Below, piece by piece: positions 20,126 to 30,634 of a DNA stretch of 64,000 bases. Every line of letters begins with the position of its first letter. The first letter of the stretch is position 1. A program made the translations under genes and the position numbers. The notes beneath the pieces were generated by a model. The model worked only from the letters and a program-made list of their open reading frames with translations. It ran no database searches and had not been told where the DNA came from. Source of the stretch: Opitutales bacterium (GTDB lineage: Bacteria > Verrucomicrobiota > Verrucomicrobiia > Opitutales > JABSRG01); contig JBMYOQ010000001.1 in NCBI GenBank assembly GCA_049599475.1, positions 64,001 through 128,000 on the forward strand. The letters are read 5' to 3'.

Positions 20126-20920
20126 ATGTCAGAAGTCTCCCGCACATTACCGAAGATCTTAATAACCAACGATGACGGTATTGAGAGCGTGTTATTAAGT
20201 GAAATGATCGCCCGTCTCGCAGGCAAGTTTAGGATTATTGTGGCCGCACCGGCGAATGAGCGCAGTTTTTGTGGTCGAAGCTTCACTTTTGGGCAGGATG
20301 TGGAGGTAAAAGAGGTGCAAGGCTGGCCCTGTCAGGCTTTCGCCGTGGATGGGACGCCTTCGGACTGTGTGAACATTGCGCTCGGGCATCTGTGCGGCGA
20401 TGAGCTGCCCGATCTCGTGCTGTCTGGACCAAATATTGGACGGAACACCAGCATCGGGTTCATATCAGGCTCGGGGACGGTTGCTGGTGCCCTCGAAGGC
20501 GCTTTTTGGGGAATACGAGCTCTTGCTGTTTCTCAAGGGTTCGAAAACAACGCTGTGGCGAATGAAATGAAGCGGTATGAATCGCTCCCAGAATCCTTTC
20601 AGCCGATCTTTGATCGAGGGCTCGACGTGGTGGAGATTGCAATTGAGCGTTGCATGAGTCGGGAGCCGACAAGGTTATGTGTCGACTCACTGAATCTGCC
20701 ATATCACTACGCCGACGGAGAAAATGAGATCCTCGACGTGCCACCGGTAGATTATGATTTTGGCTGCTTCTTCACGAAGACTGAAGACGGTAGATATACC
20801 TCAGGCGCGGGTAAACGGACGCGTATCACCGCTCCCGAAACGCTTACGGATATTGATTGTGTTTCCCAGGGAAAGGCTGCGTGGACTCGGCTTGATTTTT
20901 CGAGGATCTATACCTCCTAG
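20126..20920 (+). CDS. surE: 5'/3'-nucleotidase SurE
   Basis: ILITNDDG, VDGTPSDCV, SGPNIG, SGTVAGALEG. Confidence 0.9.
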   Translation: MSEVSRTLPKILITNDDGIESVLLSEMIARLAGKFRIIVAAPANERSFCGRSFTFGQDVEVKEVQGWPCQAFAVDGTPSDCVNIALGHLCGDELPDLVLSGPNIGRNTSIGFISGSGTVAGALEGAFWGIRALAVSQGFENNAVANEMKRYESLPESFQPIFDRGLDVVEIAIERCMSREPTRLCVDSLNLPYHYADGENEILDVPPVDYDFGCFFTKTEDGRYTSGAGKRTRITAPETLTDIDCVSQGKAAWTRLDFSRIYTS

Positions 20921-20921
20921 G

Positions 20922-21009
20922 TAGACCTATTCTCAAAATTATCTCCCCCTGCTACTCCGGTCCTTCGAAAGTGTAGATTTACCAGAATGAACGAAAAAAC
21001 TTTTGAGAA
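20922..21009. repeat. MITE-like element with TTCTCAAAA/TTTTGAGAA ends
   Basis: TAGACCTATTCTCAAAA (20922-20938) and TTTTGAGAA (21001-21009); same end motif as 480-605. Confidence 0.55.
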
Positions 21010-21096
21010 ATCGCATGGGAGCCCCGAGCTGACGTAACCGTCAGGTATAAATGGTATTCCTCCCATCTTGAAATGGTCTGTATATCTCCGGCCCTG

Positions 21097-22425
21097 TTAT
21101 TGGCTTTTTGCGTCCGAGATTTGAACGCGTGTAAACAATCCGAGTGCCAAAATTCCGCATGCAAAACACGCAATGTATGAGGCCTGAGGGCTGAAAATAA
21201 AATATACGATACTACCGAGTATTGGACCCACGGCCCGCGCGAGGCTACCCGAAGATCGGAAAATGCCGAGATTGCGGCCCTGTTCGGTTTCCTTTGAAAT
21301 TAGGGAAACGAGACTAGAGACCGTTGGATTGATAAAGCTGATCCCAATGCCGATGATTGCCAGCGCGGTGTAAAACACGGCTTGAGAGCTCGAGCTGGCA
21401 CTTAAAATAAGGAAGCCCACCGCGCCCAGGAGCATGCCTGCTGTGGCCATTTTTCGATCACCGATCTTAGGCGCTAAGCGTCTTACTAGGCCGCCCTGGC
21501 TGAGAATGAGCACCATGCCGATGAAGACGAACATCATGCCGTTTTGCATCGGTGTATAGTCGAAGCTGTCTACGGCAAAGAAGGTCACGGTGAATTCCAT
21601 TCCCGAGAACGCGAACATGAACATGAAGTAGGCAAATATGAGCTTTGCGAGGGTAGCGTTTGAGGATTGTCCGAGTTTAAGAATCGGAGGGAGTGCAGAA
21701 CGTTGCGCATTTGACCGCTTTTCAGCGGGTAGGGTTTCGGGCAGCTTCAGGACAATCCATACCAGGCTAAGAGCTGAGCAGGCACAGGCGATGGTTGCCG
21801 GTCCGGAGAATGGGTTTAGACCCAGCCAGGTGCCAGGAGAGCTTTCGCCGATGATCCAGTTTGCGGTGAGGCCACCGATCGCCGGGCCGATGATGAATCC
21901 TAAGCCGAGCGCCACGCCTACGAGAGCCATACTCTTGGAGCGCTTCTCTGGGGCCGTGATATCTGCCACAATAGCCGTAGCGACTCCGACATTTCCTGCC
22001 ATGAGTCCGCTGAAAACGCGGGCGATTACGAGCATTTCGAAACGGGCACTAAAAATCCACAGAAGGTGACTGAGGGCCCAGCCGCCGACGGTCAGGATCA
22101 TGATCGGGCGGCGACCAAAACGGTCCGAAAGGGAGCCCCAGATCGGAGATGAGAAGAATTGTAGAAAGGCGTAGATCGATCCGAGGACGCCTCCAAAAAA
22201 GACGGTCGAGCGAAAGCTGTCATCGGGATCTCCGCTCCAGCTGGAAATCGCATCGTAAACGATATTTATGAGTCCGCCCGATTCTCCTTCGACAGCCAGG
22301 TAATGTTCGAGCATTGCCGGGAAGAGTGGGAAAATGATCGAAAATCCTGCCAAATCCATGAACAGGACAATAAACAGGATCGCGAGAGTGGACCTGTTCG
22401 AGTTTTCAGAGTCAGAGCGAGACAT
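21097..22425 (-). CDS. MFS transporter (TetA/DHA1-like)
   Basis: Motif A GSLSDRFGRRP, motif C GFIIGPAIGG, about 12 TM helices. Confidence 0.9.
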   Translation of the reverse strand: MSRSDSENSNRSTLAILFIVLFMDLAGFSIIFPLFPAMLEHYLAVEGESGGLINIVYDAISSWSGDPDDSFRSTVFFGGVLGSIYAFLQFFSSPIWGSLSDRFGRRPIMILTVGGWALSHLLWIFSARFEMLVIARVFSGLMAGNVGVATAIVADITAPEKRSKSMALVGVALGLGFIIGPAIGGLTANWIIGESSPGTWLGLNPFSGPATIACACSALSLVWIVLKLPETLPAEKRSNAQRSALPPILKLGQSSNATLAKLIFAYFMFMFAFSGMEFTVTFFAVDSFDYTPMQNGMMFVFIGMVLILSQGGLVRRLAPKIGDRKMATAGMLLGAVGFLILSASSSSQAVFYTALAIIGIGISFINPTVSSLVSLISKETEQGRNLGIFRSSGSLARAVGPILGSIVYFIFSPQASYIACFACGILALGLFTRVQISDAKSQ

Positions 22426-22433
22426 GTGGTGAG

Positions 22434-22916
22434 TTATGCGATGTTGTACCGCTTTTTCAAAGCTGCATGCACATTTGGCGGTACGAAGCGAGTGTCGCGG
22501 TCGGTATATTTGAAGACCTGTTTCACCAAAGTGCTGCTGGTGAAAAAGTATTCAGGGCTTGGCATGAGGAAGATCGTTTCGAGTTCATCGTCGAGATGGC
22601 GATTCATCTGAGCCATCTGGAACTCGTAGTCAAAATCGGAGACGGCGCGCATGCCGCGGACGAGCGCGACGGCTTCTTTGGACCGGGCGTAGTCTACTGC
22701 CAGGCCGTCAAAGGTTTCTAATTTGGCGTTTGGGATGTCTTGAATGTTTTCCTCGATGAGTTCGACGCGTTCTTCGGGAGAAAACAGAGGGCCCTTTTGA
22801 TTATTGGCCACGACGGCGATGATTACCTCGTCGAAAATACGGCACGCACGCGTTAGGACGTCGATATGTCCGTATGTTACTGGGTCGAAAGTTCCTGGAT
22901 AGATCGCGCGCTTCAT
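22434..22916 (-). CDS. coaD: Phosphopantetheine adenylyltransferase
   Basis: [35 protein letters not shown]. Confidence 0.96.
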   Translation of the reverse strand: MKRAIYPGTFDPVTYGHIDVLTRACRIFDEVIIAVVANNQKGPLFSPEERVELIEENIQDIPNAKLETFDGLAVDYARSKEAVALVRGMRAVSDFDYEFQMAQMNRHLDDELETIFLMPSPEYFFTSSTLVKQVFKYTDRDTRFVPPNVHAALKKRYNIA

Positions 22917-23101
22917 GAGAGGTTGGGCAGTTTCAGTGCGAAAAATGCGAAGGCCCGACAATCGGCACAGGCCCATAGCCTGTCAAGGAGTGAGAGGGCG
23001 AAAGGGAGGTCCTCACACTTTTTTGTAGAATCTTTCGACGGATTTTCATTCAAAACCCTTGTCGAGGGAACGATCTTTATACAGCTTCGGTCCCTTCCAA
23101 T

Positions 23102-23695
23102 ATGTGGACGCTTCCTAACATCCTCACACTTTCCCGGATCCCGCTTCTTTTTATAATAGTCGGGCTTCTCTTCATGGATGGGCGTGGACTGATGACGATA
23201 ACCTTTGGCCTCTTCATCTTCGGTTCGATCACCGATTGGCTGGATGGATATCTTGCGCGGAAGCTCAACCAGATCACGATCTTTGGGAAACTGATGGATG
23301 CTTTGGTGGACAAGGTGTTCGTCGTCGGAATGTTCGTGGGCATGCTGGCGTCTCCCAAGCCAGGTATGCCTGATTGGAGCGTCTATTGTGTTCTGCTGAT
23401 TCTTTGCCGTGAGTTTTTGATCACTGGACTGCGATTGGTCGCTGCCAGCAAGGGGCTTGTCCTGGCCGCAGAGAAAGCTGGGAAGTATAAGACTGCTTCT
23501 CAAATGGGAGCTATCGGAGCCCTACTGGCTGGAGAAGCTCTCCATTACGACTTTGGCTTGGCTACTAATTTGGTGGACAAAGTCTACTGGGCCGGGATCG
23601 GCCTATTTGTTACCGCGACTGTCCTCACCGTCGTTTCGGGTGCCATTTATTTGACCAAGTATTGGTCTGTTTTCGAAGACTCTACAGAATCATGA
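23102..23695 (+). CDS. pgsA: CDP-diacylglycerol--glycerol-3-phosphate 3-phosphatidyltransferase
   Basis: [18 protein letters not shown]....[20 protein letters not shown]. Confidence 0.93.
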   Translation: MWTLPNILTLSRIPLLFIIVGLLFMDGRGLMTITFGLFIFGSITDWLDGYLARKLNQITIFGKLMDALVDKVFVVGMFVGMLASPKPGMPDWSVYCVLLILCREFLITGLRLVAASKGLVLAAEKAGKYKTASQMGAIGALLAGEALHYDFGLATNLVDKVYWAGIGLFVTATVLTVVSGAIYLTKYWSVFEDSTES

Positions 23696-24231
23696 ATTGG
23701 TGGAAATTACGGGCCTCTTTCCTCTGGGTAAGACCGTTTCCCACCGATGTTGTGGTGGGGCTGAGCACGCTGGGGCCGATTGGTAAAAAACTGAAAGCGC
23801 CGGGAACCTGGGGCAGCGTCGCCGGACTCGTGCTGTATGCGGTCATTTTCTATCCGCTTCACCCGCTCGTAGGACTCCTTCTGAATTTGGGGCTAATCTA
23901 CCTCGCGATGGCTTTTACTGACGAGGCAGAGGAGCGACTCATGCAACGCGATCCGGGAATGATCATTCTCGATGAGATCGTGGCGGTGCCTTTGGTGTTT
24001 CTGGGACTTGGCGGCGTAGTCTACCAACTCGGCGGGTGGCCCGTATTGTTGACCGGTTTTGCGCTCTTTCGCCTCTTCGATATATGGAAACCAGGCCCGA
24101 TTGGACGCCTTCAGAACCTACCTGGCGGCATCGGATGTGTTATGGACGACGTAGCCGCAGGCATCGCGAGCTGTATCACACTCCATATCCTCTGGGCCGT
24201 CGGCTCGGCTATGGCCTGGTTTGAGGTTTAA
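23692..24231 (+). CDS. pgpA: Phosphatidylglycerophosphatase A
   Basis: [35 protein letters not shown] overlap with pgsA. Confidence 0.92.
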   Translation: MNWWKLRASFLWVRPFPTDVVVGLSTLGPIGKKLKAPGTWGSVAGLVLYAVIFYPLHPLVGLLLNLGLIYLAMAFTDEAEERLMQRDPGMIILDEIVAVPLVFLGLGGVVYQLGGWPVLLTGFALFRLFDIWKPGPIGRLQNLPGGIGCVMDDVAAGIASCITLHILWAVGSAMAWFEV

Positions 24232-24321
24232 TTCGGTTTCTCAAAAACGCTATTGGGTAGCCGCCGCTCTCCGAGCGGTGGAACACTGGGGTCTCGATAA
24301 ACTTTCTGATCCAGAAAGTCA

Positions 24322-24347
24322 CCCACGGCTCTACGGTGGGATTTTTT
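24322..24347 (+). terminator. Possible intrinsic terminator between pgpA and gspF
   Basis: CCCAC..GTGGG stem followed by ATTTTTT. Confidence 0.45.
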
Positions 24348-24351
24348 GATG

Positions 24352-25674
24352 CTACTGTAACGAGATCGAAGAGCTCACTTGCATGATCGAGGTGACCATC
24401 CCAAGGGCAACGAAGGCTACTACGGTGAAGGCGGCTGCCATCGCTCCTGAGGTGATGATCGTTGTCATCAGCTTCAGGGAACTGTCGAGTTCACGTCGGT
24501 AGCTTTTGTTTACCTCGCCGAGGCCGTGTACTAGGTTTCCTGTGTTTTCGCCGATGCTCAGAATGTCTAGGCTGAGGGCGTTGAATAGATCATTTCTGCG
24601 AAGGGCTGTCGAAATGCCTGCGCCTTCGTTGACCTCGGTCCGGACCGTTTTGAAACGTGTTGCCACGGAGGAGTTTTCAAGAGTTCTCTCGGAGAGGCGT
24701 AGCGTCTCTGTCATATTAATACCGCTCTCAACGAGCGTGCCCAGGAGGCTGGAAAGCTGGAAATAAATACTCGCTCGAATGATGGGGCCGACTAAGGGAA
24801 TCCTGAGAATCCAGGAGTCGGTTAATTTTCGTCCGGTTTCGGTGCGTCGCCACTGAAATAGCGCAATGATGCCGACAATGACTCCGATGACTACAAAGGG
24901 ACCTGTATTGATTGCGAGGTCGGAACCTCCGAGAAGGACGCGCATGAAAATATTGGGATCGCTCCCGAGGCCCTCGAGCATTCTTTGGATTCGCGGCAGT
25001 AGGAAAACAATTAGAAATATCGCGACCCCGACAGCCATACTGACGATAAAGCAGGGATAGGCGAGACCCCCGAGAACTTTGCTGCGGATGGCTTCGCGCT
25101 CTTCCAGATATTCGACAACGTTTTCCAAGATCGGGGCGAGCTTGCCGGTCGCTTCGCCGGCTTCAATCATTCGGATTACGACTTGAGGAAATAGATCTGG
25201 CCGTTGCGAGAGGGCCTCGTGGAGCGGGCGGCCTTCAGAGAGCTCTCGCCAGAGCTGTCCAGCGACCATTTTGAGGGCCGGATCTGATAGACGCTGCTGC
25301 ATTAAACGCACGCAATCGCCGATTGGCATACCGCTCTTGTGGAGCTCAAGCATGCGCTTTAGGAAATTTGTGCCCATTTTCAGGGTACCCTTTTTGTTCG
25401 CCTTTGAGCGTGTCGGGAATTTTAGGGAGAACTGTCTTTTGCTGAGAGGTGTCTTATTGACGGGCTCGTTCTCTTCGCCACTGGCCAATGGGGATTCTCC
25501 GCTCTTGGCTCCTTTGGAGGCGTGTGCTCCTGAGGCCGCTGCGTCCTTTAATGAAAGCGGCTTCAGTTTCTTTGCAATCAGCTTACGTTGGGCCGCCTTA
25601 CGGTCGTTTGCTTCGATGGATCCGCGGGTGCGTTTTCCACTAGAATTCAAAGCACTGTAGTTAAATGTCGGCAT
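24352..25674 (-). CDS. gspF: Type II secretion inner-membrane platform protein (GspF/PilC family)
   Basis: MPTFNYSA..G, AGEATGKL, LAYP, IGENTGNL; three TM helices. Confidence 0.88.
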   Translation of the reverse strand: MPTFNYSALNSSGKRTRGSIEANDRKAAQRKLIAKKLKPLSLKDAAASGAHASKGAKSGESPLASGEENEPVNKTPLSKRQFSLKFPTRSKANKKGTLKMGTNFLKRMLELHKSGMPIGDCVRLMQQRLSDPALKMVAGQLWRELSEGRPLHEALSQRPDLFPQVVIRMIEAGEATGKLAPILENVVEYLEEREAIRSKVLGGLAYPCFIVSMAVGVAIFLIVFLLPRIQRMLEGLGSDPNIFMRVLLGGSDLAINTGPFVVIGVIVGIIALFQWRRTETGRKLTDSWILRIPLVGPIIRASIYFQLSSLLGTLVESGINMTETLRLSERTLENSSVATRFKTVRTEVNEGAGISTALRRNDLFNALSLDILSIGENTGNLVHGLGEVNKSYRRELDSSLKLMTTIITSGAMAAAFTVVAFVALGMVTSIMQVSSSISLQ

Positions 25675-25693
25675 GTTCGAATGAGGAACCCTT

Positions 25694-27409
25694 CTAGAGG
25701 ATCTCGGATTCTTCCTCTTCTAAGATGTCCGCGAAGCGCATGACTTCATCGAGAGTGGTGAGGCCGCGTTTTGCTTGTTCCCAACCGCAGCGCTGTAGGG
25801 AACGCATGCCTTCTTCAAGGGCTGCATCCCGGATACTGCGCGCAGACGCTCTGTCTACAATCAGTTCATGTATCTTTTCTGTGATACGAAGAATCTCGAA
25901 AATGCCAACACGCCCTCGGTATCCGAGACCGCGGCATTGCTCGCACCCCTTTGCCTGTTTGATTGCATCTGCATTGCCCAATTCTGTGAGTGGAATATTT
26001 AAGGCCCGTAAACAGCTTTCGAGGTGGCCGACTTCGAAATTCGCGGGCTGTCGGCAGGTTTCGCAGAGGCGACGGACAAGTCTCTGGGCAATGATCATCT
26101 CAACCGCAGAGGCCACGAGGAAGGGCTCGATGTCCATATCAATCAAACGCGTGATTGCTCCCGGCGCGTCGTTGGTGTGTAGCGTGCTCAAAACCAAGTG
26201 ACCTGTAAGGGCCGCACGGATACCAATGTCGGCTGTCTCGCGGTCGCGAATCTCACCGACCATGATGACGTCAGGGTCTTGACGCAAAATGTGGCGTAGG
26301 GCAGAGGCAAAGTTTAGACCGATCTCAGAGTGAATCTGTGTTTGGTTGATGCCTGGGACTTCATACTCGATCGGGTCTTCAACCGTGATAATGCGTCGCT
26401 CAGGCTTATTGATTTTTCTTAGAAATGCCGTCAGCGATGTGGACTTACCGGAACCGGTAGGGCCGGTTACTAGAATAATGCCGTAGGGGCGATCCAAAGA
26501 GTGGGTGACCTTCTCCTCGTCTTCACCCAAGAAGCCCAGCTCGCGGATAGACAGAGGCTGGGATTTTACATTCAGAAGACGCAAACTCACGCTTTCCCCA
26601 TACATTGTAGGGAATGTAGAAATACGAATATCCAGCTCTGTGCGATCTGCGATGAAATTGATGCGACCGTCTTGCGGGCGGCGTTTCTCCGAGATATTCA
26701 AACGCGCCATGATTTTGAGGCGCGAAATAATGGCACTCTGAAAACGTACCAGATTATCTGGGACGCGGACAGGGACGAGTTGTCCGTCGATACGGTAGCG
26801 GATTTGTAGGGCTTCGCGCAGAGGCTCGAAATGAATGTCGGTAGCACGGTCGGTGAGCGCGCGCTGGATGACCTCGTTTACGAAACGGATGATAGCTGCA
26901 TTTTGGTCTTCGCTATCGTCTTCGAGGTCGGTGTCGTCTTCCGCAAGATCACTCTCGTCGAGCGAGCCAGATCCGATACCAAAGCGTTGAGTGATGGTAT
27001 TGCTGACGACTTCGGGATTGCCCAGATACCACTCTGGAATGCGGCCGCAGGTTGCGCGAATCCACTTATCCATTTGGGCGTTGGGAGGCCAAACTGTGAT
27101 GAGTTTCAACGGACCTGGGTCGCTTGCCTCCGATTCATCTGTTGCCAGAGGTAGGCATTGGTATTCATGGATGAGACGGGCGGGAATGATGGAGGCAGGA
27201 GCGGCGTCGGCATCGAATTTCTCGAGGTAGGGCATCTCGATTTTCTCGGCAAACTCCGAAGACAACTCGGCGAGGACGCGGTCGTGCTGGCGAGCGAGAA
27301 ATGGCAGGCGCTCATCGCGAGATAGCTCGGGCCAGATTTCTTTGGCTTCTTCGGCCAAGTCTGTCACCCAGGAAAGCTCCTCTGTATCGATGAATCGTTG
27401 TTTGCTCAT
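25694..27409 (-). CDS. gspE: Type II secretion ATPase (GspE/PilB family)
   Basis: ATDIHFEP, Walker [30 protein letters not shown], CxxC..CxxC. Confidence 0.92.
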   Translation of the reverse strand: MSKQRFIDTEELSWVTDLAEEAKEIWPELSRDERLPFLARQHDRVLAELSSEFAEKIEMPYLEKFDADAAPASIIPARLIHEYQCLPLATDESEASDPGPLKLITVWPPNAQMDKWIRATCGRIPEWYLGNPEVVSNTITQRFGIGSGSLDESDLAEDDTDLEDDSEDQNAAIIRFVNEVIQRALTDRATDIHFEPLREALQIRYRIDGQLVPVRVPDNLVRFQSAIISRLKIMARLNISEKRRPQDGRINFIADRTELDIRISTFPTMYGESVSLRLLNVKSQPLSIRELGFLGEDEEKVTHSLDRPYGIILVTGPTGSGKSTSLTAFLRKINKPERRIITVEDPIEYEVPGINQTQIHSEIGLNFASALRHILRQDPDVIMVGEIRDRETADIGIRAALTGHLVLSTLHTNDAPGAITRLIDMDIEPFLVASAVEMIIAQRLVRRLCETCRQPANFEVGHLESCLRALNIPLTELGNADAIKQAKGCEQCRGLGYRGRVGIFEILRITEKIHELIVDRASARSIRDAALEEGMRSLQRCGWEQAKRGLTTLDEVMRFADILEEEESEIL

Positions 27410-27418
27410 ATCGGTTAA

Positions 27419-27952
27419 TTAGTTTGTGCGGCGAGGTACGATCACGCGTCTGCGTGGAATTACACGGCGCTGAGCAGCTGGCTTCTGTTCGTTGTTATTC
27501 GCTGCATTTTCGGCGTTAGGCTTTGGCGGGGCAGGGCGCGGTTGCGCTTGCGGGCGGGCGGCTCCAGCTGCAGCGGCAAGAGTGCTCTCGGCGAGTTCTA
27601 AAACGGTGGTGCGGCCGTCTATGGAGATGCTTACGTTGCGAGAATTGGTATCCAGCTTTAGGACACGCACTTGGGCCGAGGGATCGTTTACTCCGACCCA
27701 GTAGCCTTTCTTTTCGGCCTTGTTGTAAAGGCTTACCTTAGTGACACCGCCAAAGGTCGTCCAGCCACGCAGAGCCCAGTTTTGCGGCTGCTCCCGTTTG
27801 CGTTCTTCGGGCTTCTTTTGCTCATTACGCTCTGTATAGCCTGCTGGCAAGAAGGGCGAGCGATTCAGAAGGCTATCCAAATCCGAGGCGTGAGCGTAGC
27901 TACCACATGCGAATGTGATGCTTAGAGCAATGGCCTGGATTTTAGAATACAT
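27419..27952 (-). CDS. Exported hypothetical protein, possible GspC analogue
   Basis: Signal-like N-terminus, RSPF motif, small beta domain, Pro/Arg-rich tail; lies between gspD and gspE. Confidence 0.55.
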   Translation of the reverse strand: MYSKIQAIALSITFACGSYAHASDLDSLLNRSPFLPAGYTERNEQKKPEERKREQPQNWALRGWTTFGGVTKVSLYNKAEKKGYWVGVNDPSAQVRVLKLDTNSRNVSISIDGRTTVLELAESTLAAAAGAARPQAQPRPAPPKPNAENAANNNEQKPAAQRRVIPRRRVIVPRRTN

Positions 27953-27973
27953 GGTGAAATATGGAGCTAGCGC

Positions 27974-30064
27974 TTAGTTTTTACTGCGCGCGCGTGGGTT
28001 AAAGAATGAACTGTCCTTGGATTCTTTTTCCTCTTCTTCGATCGAGTTGAGGCCGGAGTCTAGGAAGTTGGATACCTCTTTGCCGATGCGAGGTGTGTTC
28101 TGAATCGTTTCTTCTGTATACTCTGCAGTTGCCATGGTATCGCTGAGGATCCGAGGACGGACAAAAATCATGAGTTCGCGGCGCTCGTCCTCGTCGCGTT
28201 TCCGCGTGAAGATGGCATCGCCCAAAATCGGTAGTTCACCCAGGATCCCCATCTTTGAGTTTGTGCTGCGGGTAGCATACTCCTGAAGACCTCCGAGGAT
28301 GATAACCTCTCCGTCGTTCACACTCACAAATGATTCAGCTACGCGATTTCCGATGACCGGCTGTGAGTTTCCGTCGATGGTTACATTGTCTACGACGTTG
28401 TCGACGGTCTGAGTCAACTCGAGCTGGATCTTACCATCTGCGCCGATGAGCGGCGTAACGGTGAGCTCAATACCGATCTTGCGGAACGTAACATTGCTAC
28501 GGGTCGATGTGCCTGTGGAATCGGTCTGACTGCTTGTGATTACCGGGCGCTGTTGTCCCACGGTGATCGTGGCAGGGCGCGCATGGGTCGTAAGAATTTG
28601 TGGTGCATTCAGGACACGGACATTTCCGTTTCCAGATGCGGCTCCGATGACCAAGTCTAAATCGAAATCTCGGAATACGCCGGCAGCCGATGCATCGGCT
28701 ATATTGCCGTCTGAGATGTCTACGCCGTATCCATTTGCGGCGATTCCGCTAAGAGCCCACACGCCGTCTGCCACATCCAAATTGAGGCCCAAAGCGTCTA
28801 TTCCACGGGTCTGGTTTTCGTTGAGTGTCACTTCTGCGACAATCACTTCAATCAGTACTTGAGGAAGCAATACATCTAGGCTCTTTAGGAGGGATTCGAG
28901 TTGGGTGATGTCGGAAGGTGTTCCGTAAGCGATGATGGCGTTGGTGCGGGGGTCTGGAACGACGCCCACGTATTCGGAAAACTGAACATTCTTCCCGCCG
29001 GATTCCGAAGACTCTCCGCCTGAGTTTGCCTGTTGTTGGGCTGGTTGTTGCTGTTGGCCCCCTTGTTGCGCCTGGTTGTTGTTATTGTTGGGGCGATTTT
29101 GGTTGCGGTTCTGGTTGCGCGATTCGCGCTCGGCGCGTTCACGTGCTTGTCGTTGATTATTAATTACACTCTCAAGGAGAGGTGATAGCTCTTCAGCCTT
29201 GGCGTGATTGACGCGGAATACTTGGGTCGTTGTCAGCGGCGACACATTGATGTCCATCTTCTCAATGAGAGTCGTGAGGGTCTCTTCATTGGCTGGGTGC
29301 GTGACGAGGATCATTTGATTGGTCCGCTCATCTGCTTCGATTGTGGTATCGCCGACGAGGAAGCTTTGCAGTGAGCGCTGGATCATATTGTCGAGGCGCT
29401 GCTTGAGGTCGCGGCTCTGGGTATTTTTCAGCTGAATGAAAAAGATCTCTTCGCGCTGCTGTGCCGGGGTGTCCGCATCTTTGAGAATCTCTTCGACGCG
29501 CTTCAGGTTATTGAGGGAGTCGGTAAGGAGAATCTTGTTGGACTGCTGGAATACCACAGGTGGCGGTAAGCTGGGTGTGAGAAAACGCGTAATAATTTCG
29601 AGCGCGTTCTCCATTTTGAGATACTGGATATCGAATATCTTGGCGTAAACCTTTTGGGTGTTAAAATCATCCGGAAGGCCGTCCTCGGCAAATTCAGGAG
29701 TCAGCGCATTTACCGGGCTATTGATGGGGACTGCTCTCAGGAACTTATCATCTAGTGGGATGATGGACAGTGAGTTCATGCTGAGGACACTTTCGATTGC
29801 TTTGATGGTCTCCGCGCGGGTGAGAGGACCTTGCGAATCGAAGTTGAAATTCATATTGGGCAAACCCTGTGGACGCAGAATGACGCGGCCAGTTATCAGT
29901 TCTAGGAACTTCAGAACTTGGTCTGTCGACTCGTCTACCAAAACCACGGTGTCGATGATTTCGTCCTCTGGATATCCGGGAGCTGGTTTGATTTGAGCGT
30001 GTAGGGGCAACGCCATTACGCAGCAGAGAGTCAGGGCGATACAAATGTGTATACGTTTGAACAT
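27974..30064 (-). CDS. gspD: Secretin
   Basis: Signal peptide, N-domain repeats (DERTN, DPRTN), QVLIEVIVAEV, GIELTVTP, IILGGL, ELMIFVRP. Confidence 0.92.
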   Translation of the reverse strand: MFKRIHICIALTLCCVMALPLHAQIKPAPGYPEDEIIDTVVLVDESTDQVLKFLELITGRVILRPQGLPNMNFNFDSQGPLTRAETIKAIESVLSMNSLSIIPLDDKFLRAVPINSPVNALTPEFAEDGLPDDFNTQKVYAKIFDIQYLKMENALEIITRFLTPSLPPPVVFQQSNKILLTDSLNNLKRVEEILKDADTPAQQREEIFFIQLKNTQSRDLKQRLDNMIQRSLQSFLVGDTTIEADERTNQMILVTHPANEETLTTLIEKMDINVSPLTTTQVFRVNHAKAEELSPLLESVINNQRQARERAERESRNQNRNQNRPNNNNNQAQQGGQQQQPAQQQANSGGESSESGGKNVQFSEYVGVVPDPRTNAIIAYGTPSDITQLESLLKSLDVLLPQVLIEVIVAEVTLNENQTRGIDALGLNLDVADGVWALSGIAANGYGVDISDGNIADASAAGVFRDFDLDLVIGAASGNGNVRVLNAPQILTTHARPATITVGQQRPVITSSQTDSTGTSTRSNVTFRKIGIELTVTPLIGADGKIQLELTQTVDNVVDNVTIDGNSQPVIGNRVAESFVSVNDGEVIILGGLQEYATRSTNSKMGILGELPILGDAIFTRKRDEDERRELMIFVRPRILSDTMATAEYTEETIQNTPRIGKEVSNFLDSGLNSIEEEEKESKDSSFFNPRARSKN

Positions 30065-30082
30065 GACGAGAAAGGCTTGGGA

Positions 30083-30634
30083 CTAAAGGGCTATGTTTTT
30101 AAGTTCGAATGAAGAAATCACGAATTTGGCATCGTGTTCAGTGGGGCGAGATCGATTCGCGGAAATGTCCATGCTTTCGATTACGAGGTAAGGTGCCTCG
30201 GCTTGTAGAGCATTGCAGAAATCGATGACCGAGCGTAGATCTGCACGCCGGACGGAAATTCGGATCGAGTGGATGTTGAAGTCCTCGTTGGGACTCGTGC
30301 GCTGGTTGCTGATAGAGTGATTGAGCTCTTTTTCAATCGCGATATCATCCACACGGCCGGCAAGCTCGGAAGCCGAATAAGTTTTATCCGATTCGAGCTC
30401 CTGAAGAGCCGCCTCTAGATCTTGCTCGATGCGTTCCTTATCATCGATCCAGATTTGCTGCTCTTGAAGTTGGAATTTATGACTATTGTAGCGGGTCCAA
30501 TGTGAGCGCCAATCGCCCAGCTCAGCGCTTAACCACCATAGCACGAGAACGGTGAGAATCGCAAAGATGAGGACTTGTTCACGGACTGAAAGCCGGAAGA
30601 ATAGGCGGCGAATATTTTGCGTAAATTGGCTCAT
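30083..30634 (-). CDS. GspM/PilO-like protein
   Basis: LSVREQ followed by one TM helix, a coiled coil and a ferredoxin-like C-terminus; position in cluster. Confidence 0.65.
   Translation of the reverse strand: MSQFTQNIRRLFFRLSVREQVLIFAILTVLVLWWLSAELGDWRSHWTRYNSHKFQLQEQQIWIDDKERIEQDLEAALQELESDKTYSASELAGRVDDIAIEKELNHSISNQRTSPNEDFNIHSIRISVRRADLRSVIDFCNALQAEAPYLVIESMDISANRSRPTEHDAKFVISSFELKNIAL

Noticed and set aside
20071..20286. 72-aa N-terminal extension of PseB in the ORF track
   Set aside because: It overlaps the divergent surE gene, and family similarity begins at GTG 20070.
21097..22425. Tetracycline resistance gene tetA
   Set aside because: Generic DHA1-type MFS in housekeeping context behind coaD; no tetR or mobile element.
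22913..23503. 196-aa minus-strand ORF, and many similar 60-200 aa antisense or alternate-frame ORFs
   Set aside because: These shadow well-supported genes (here pgsA) and show no recognisable motifs.
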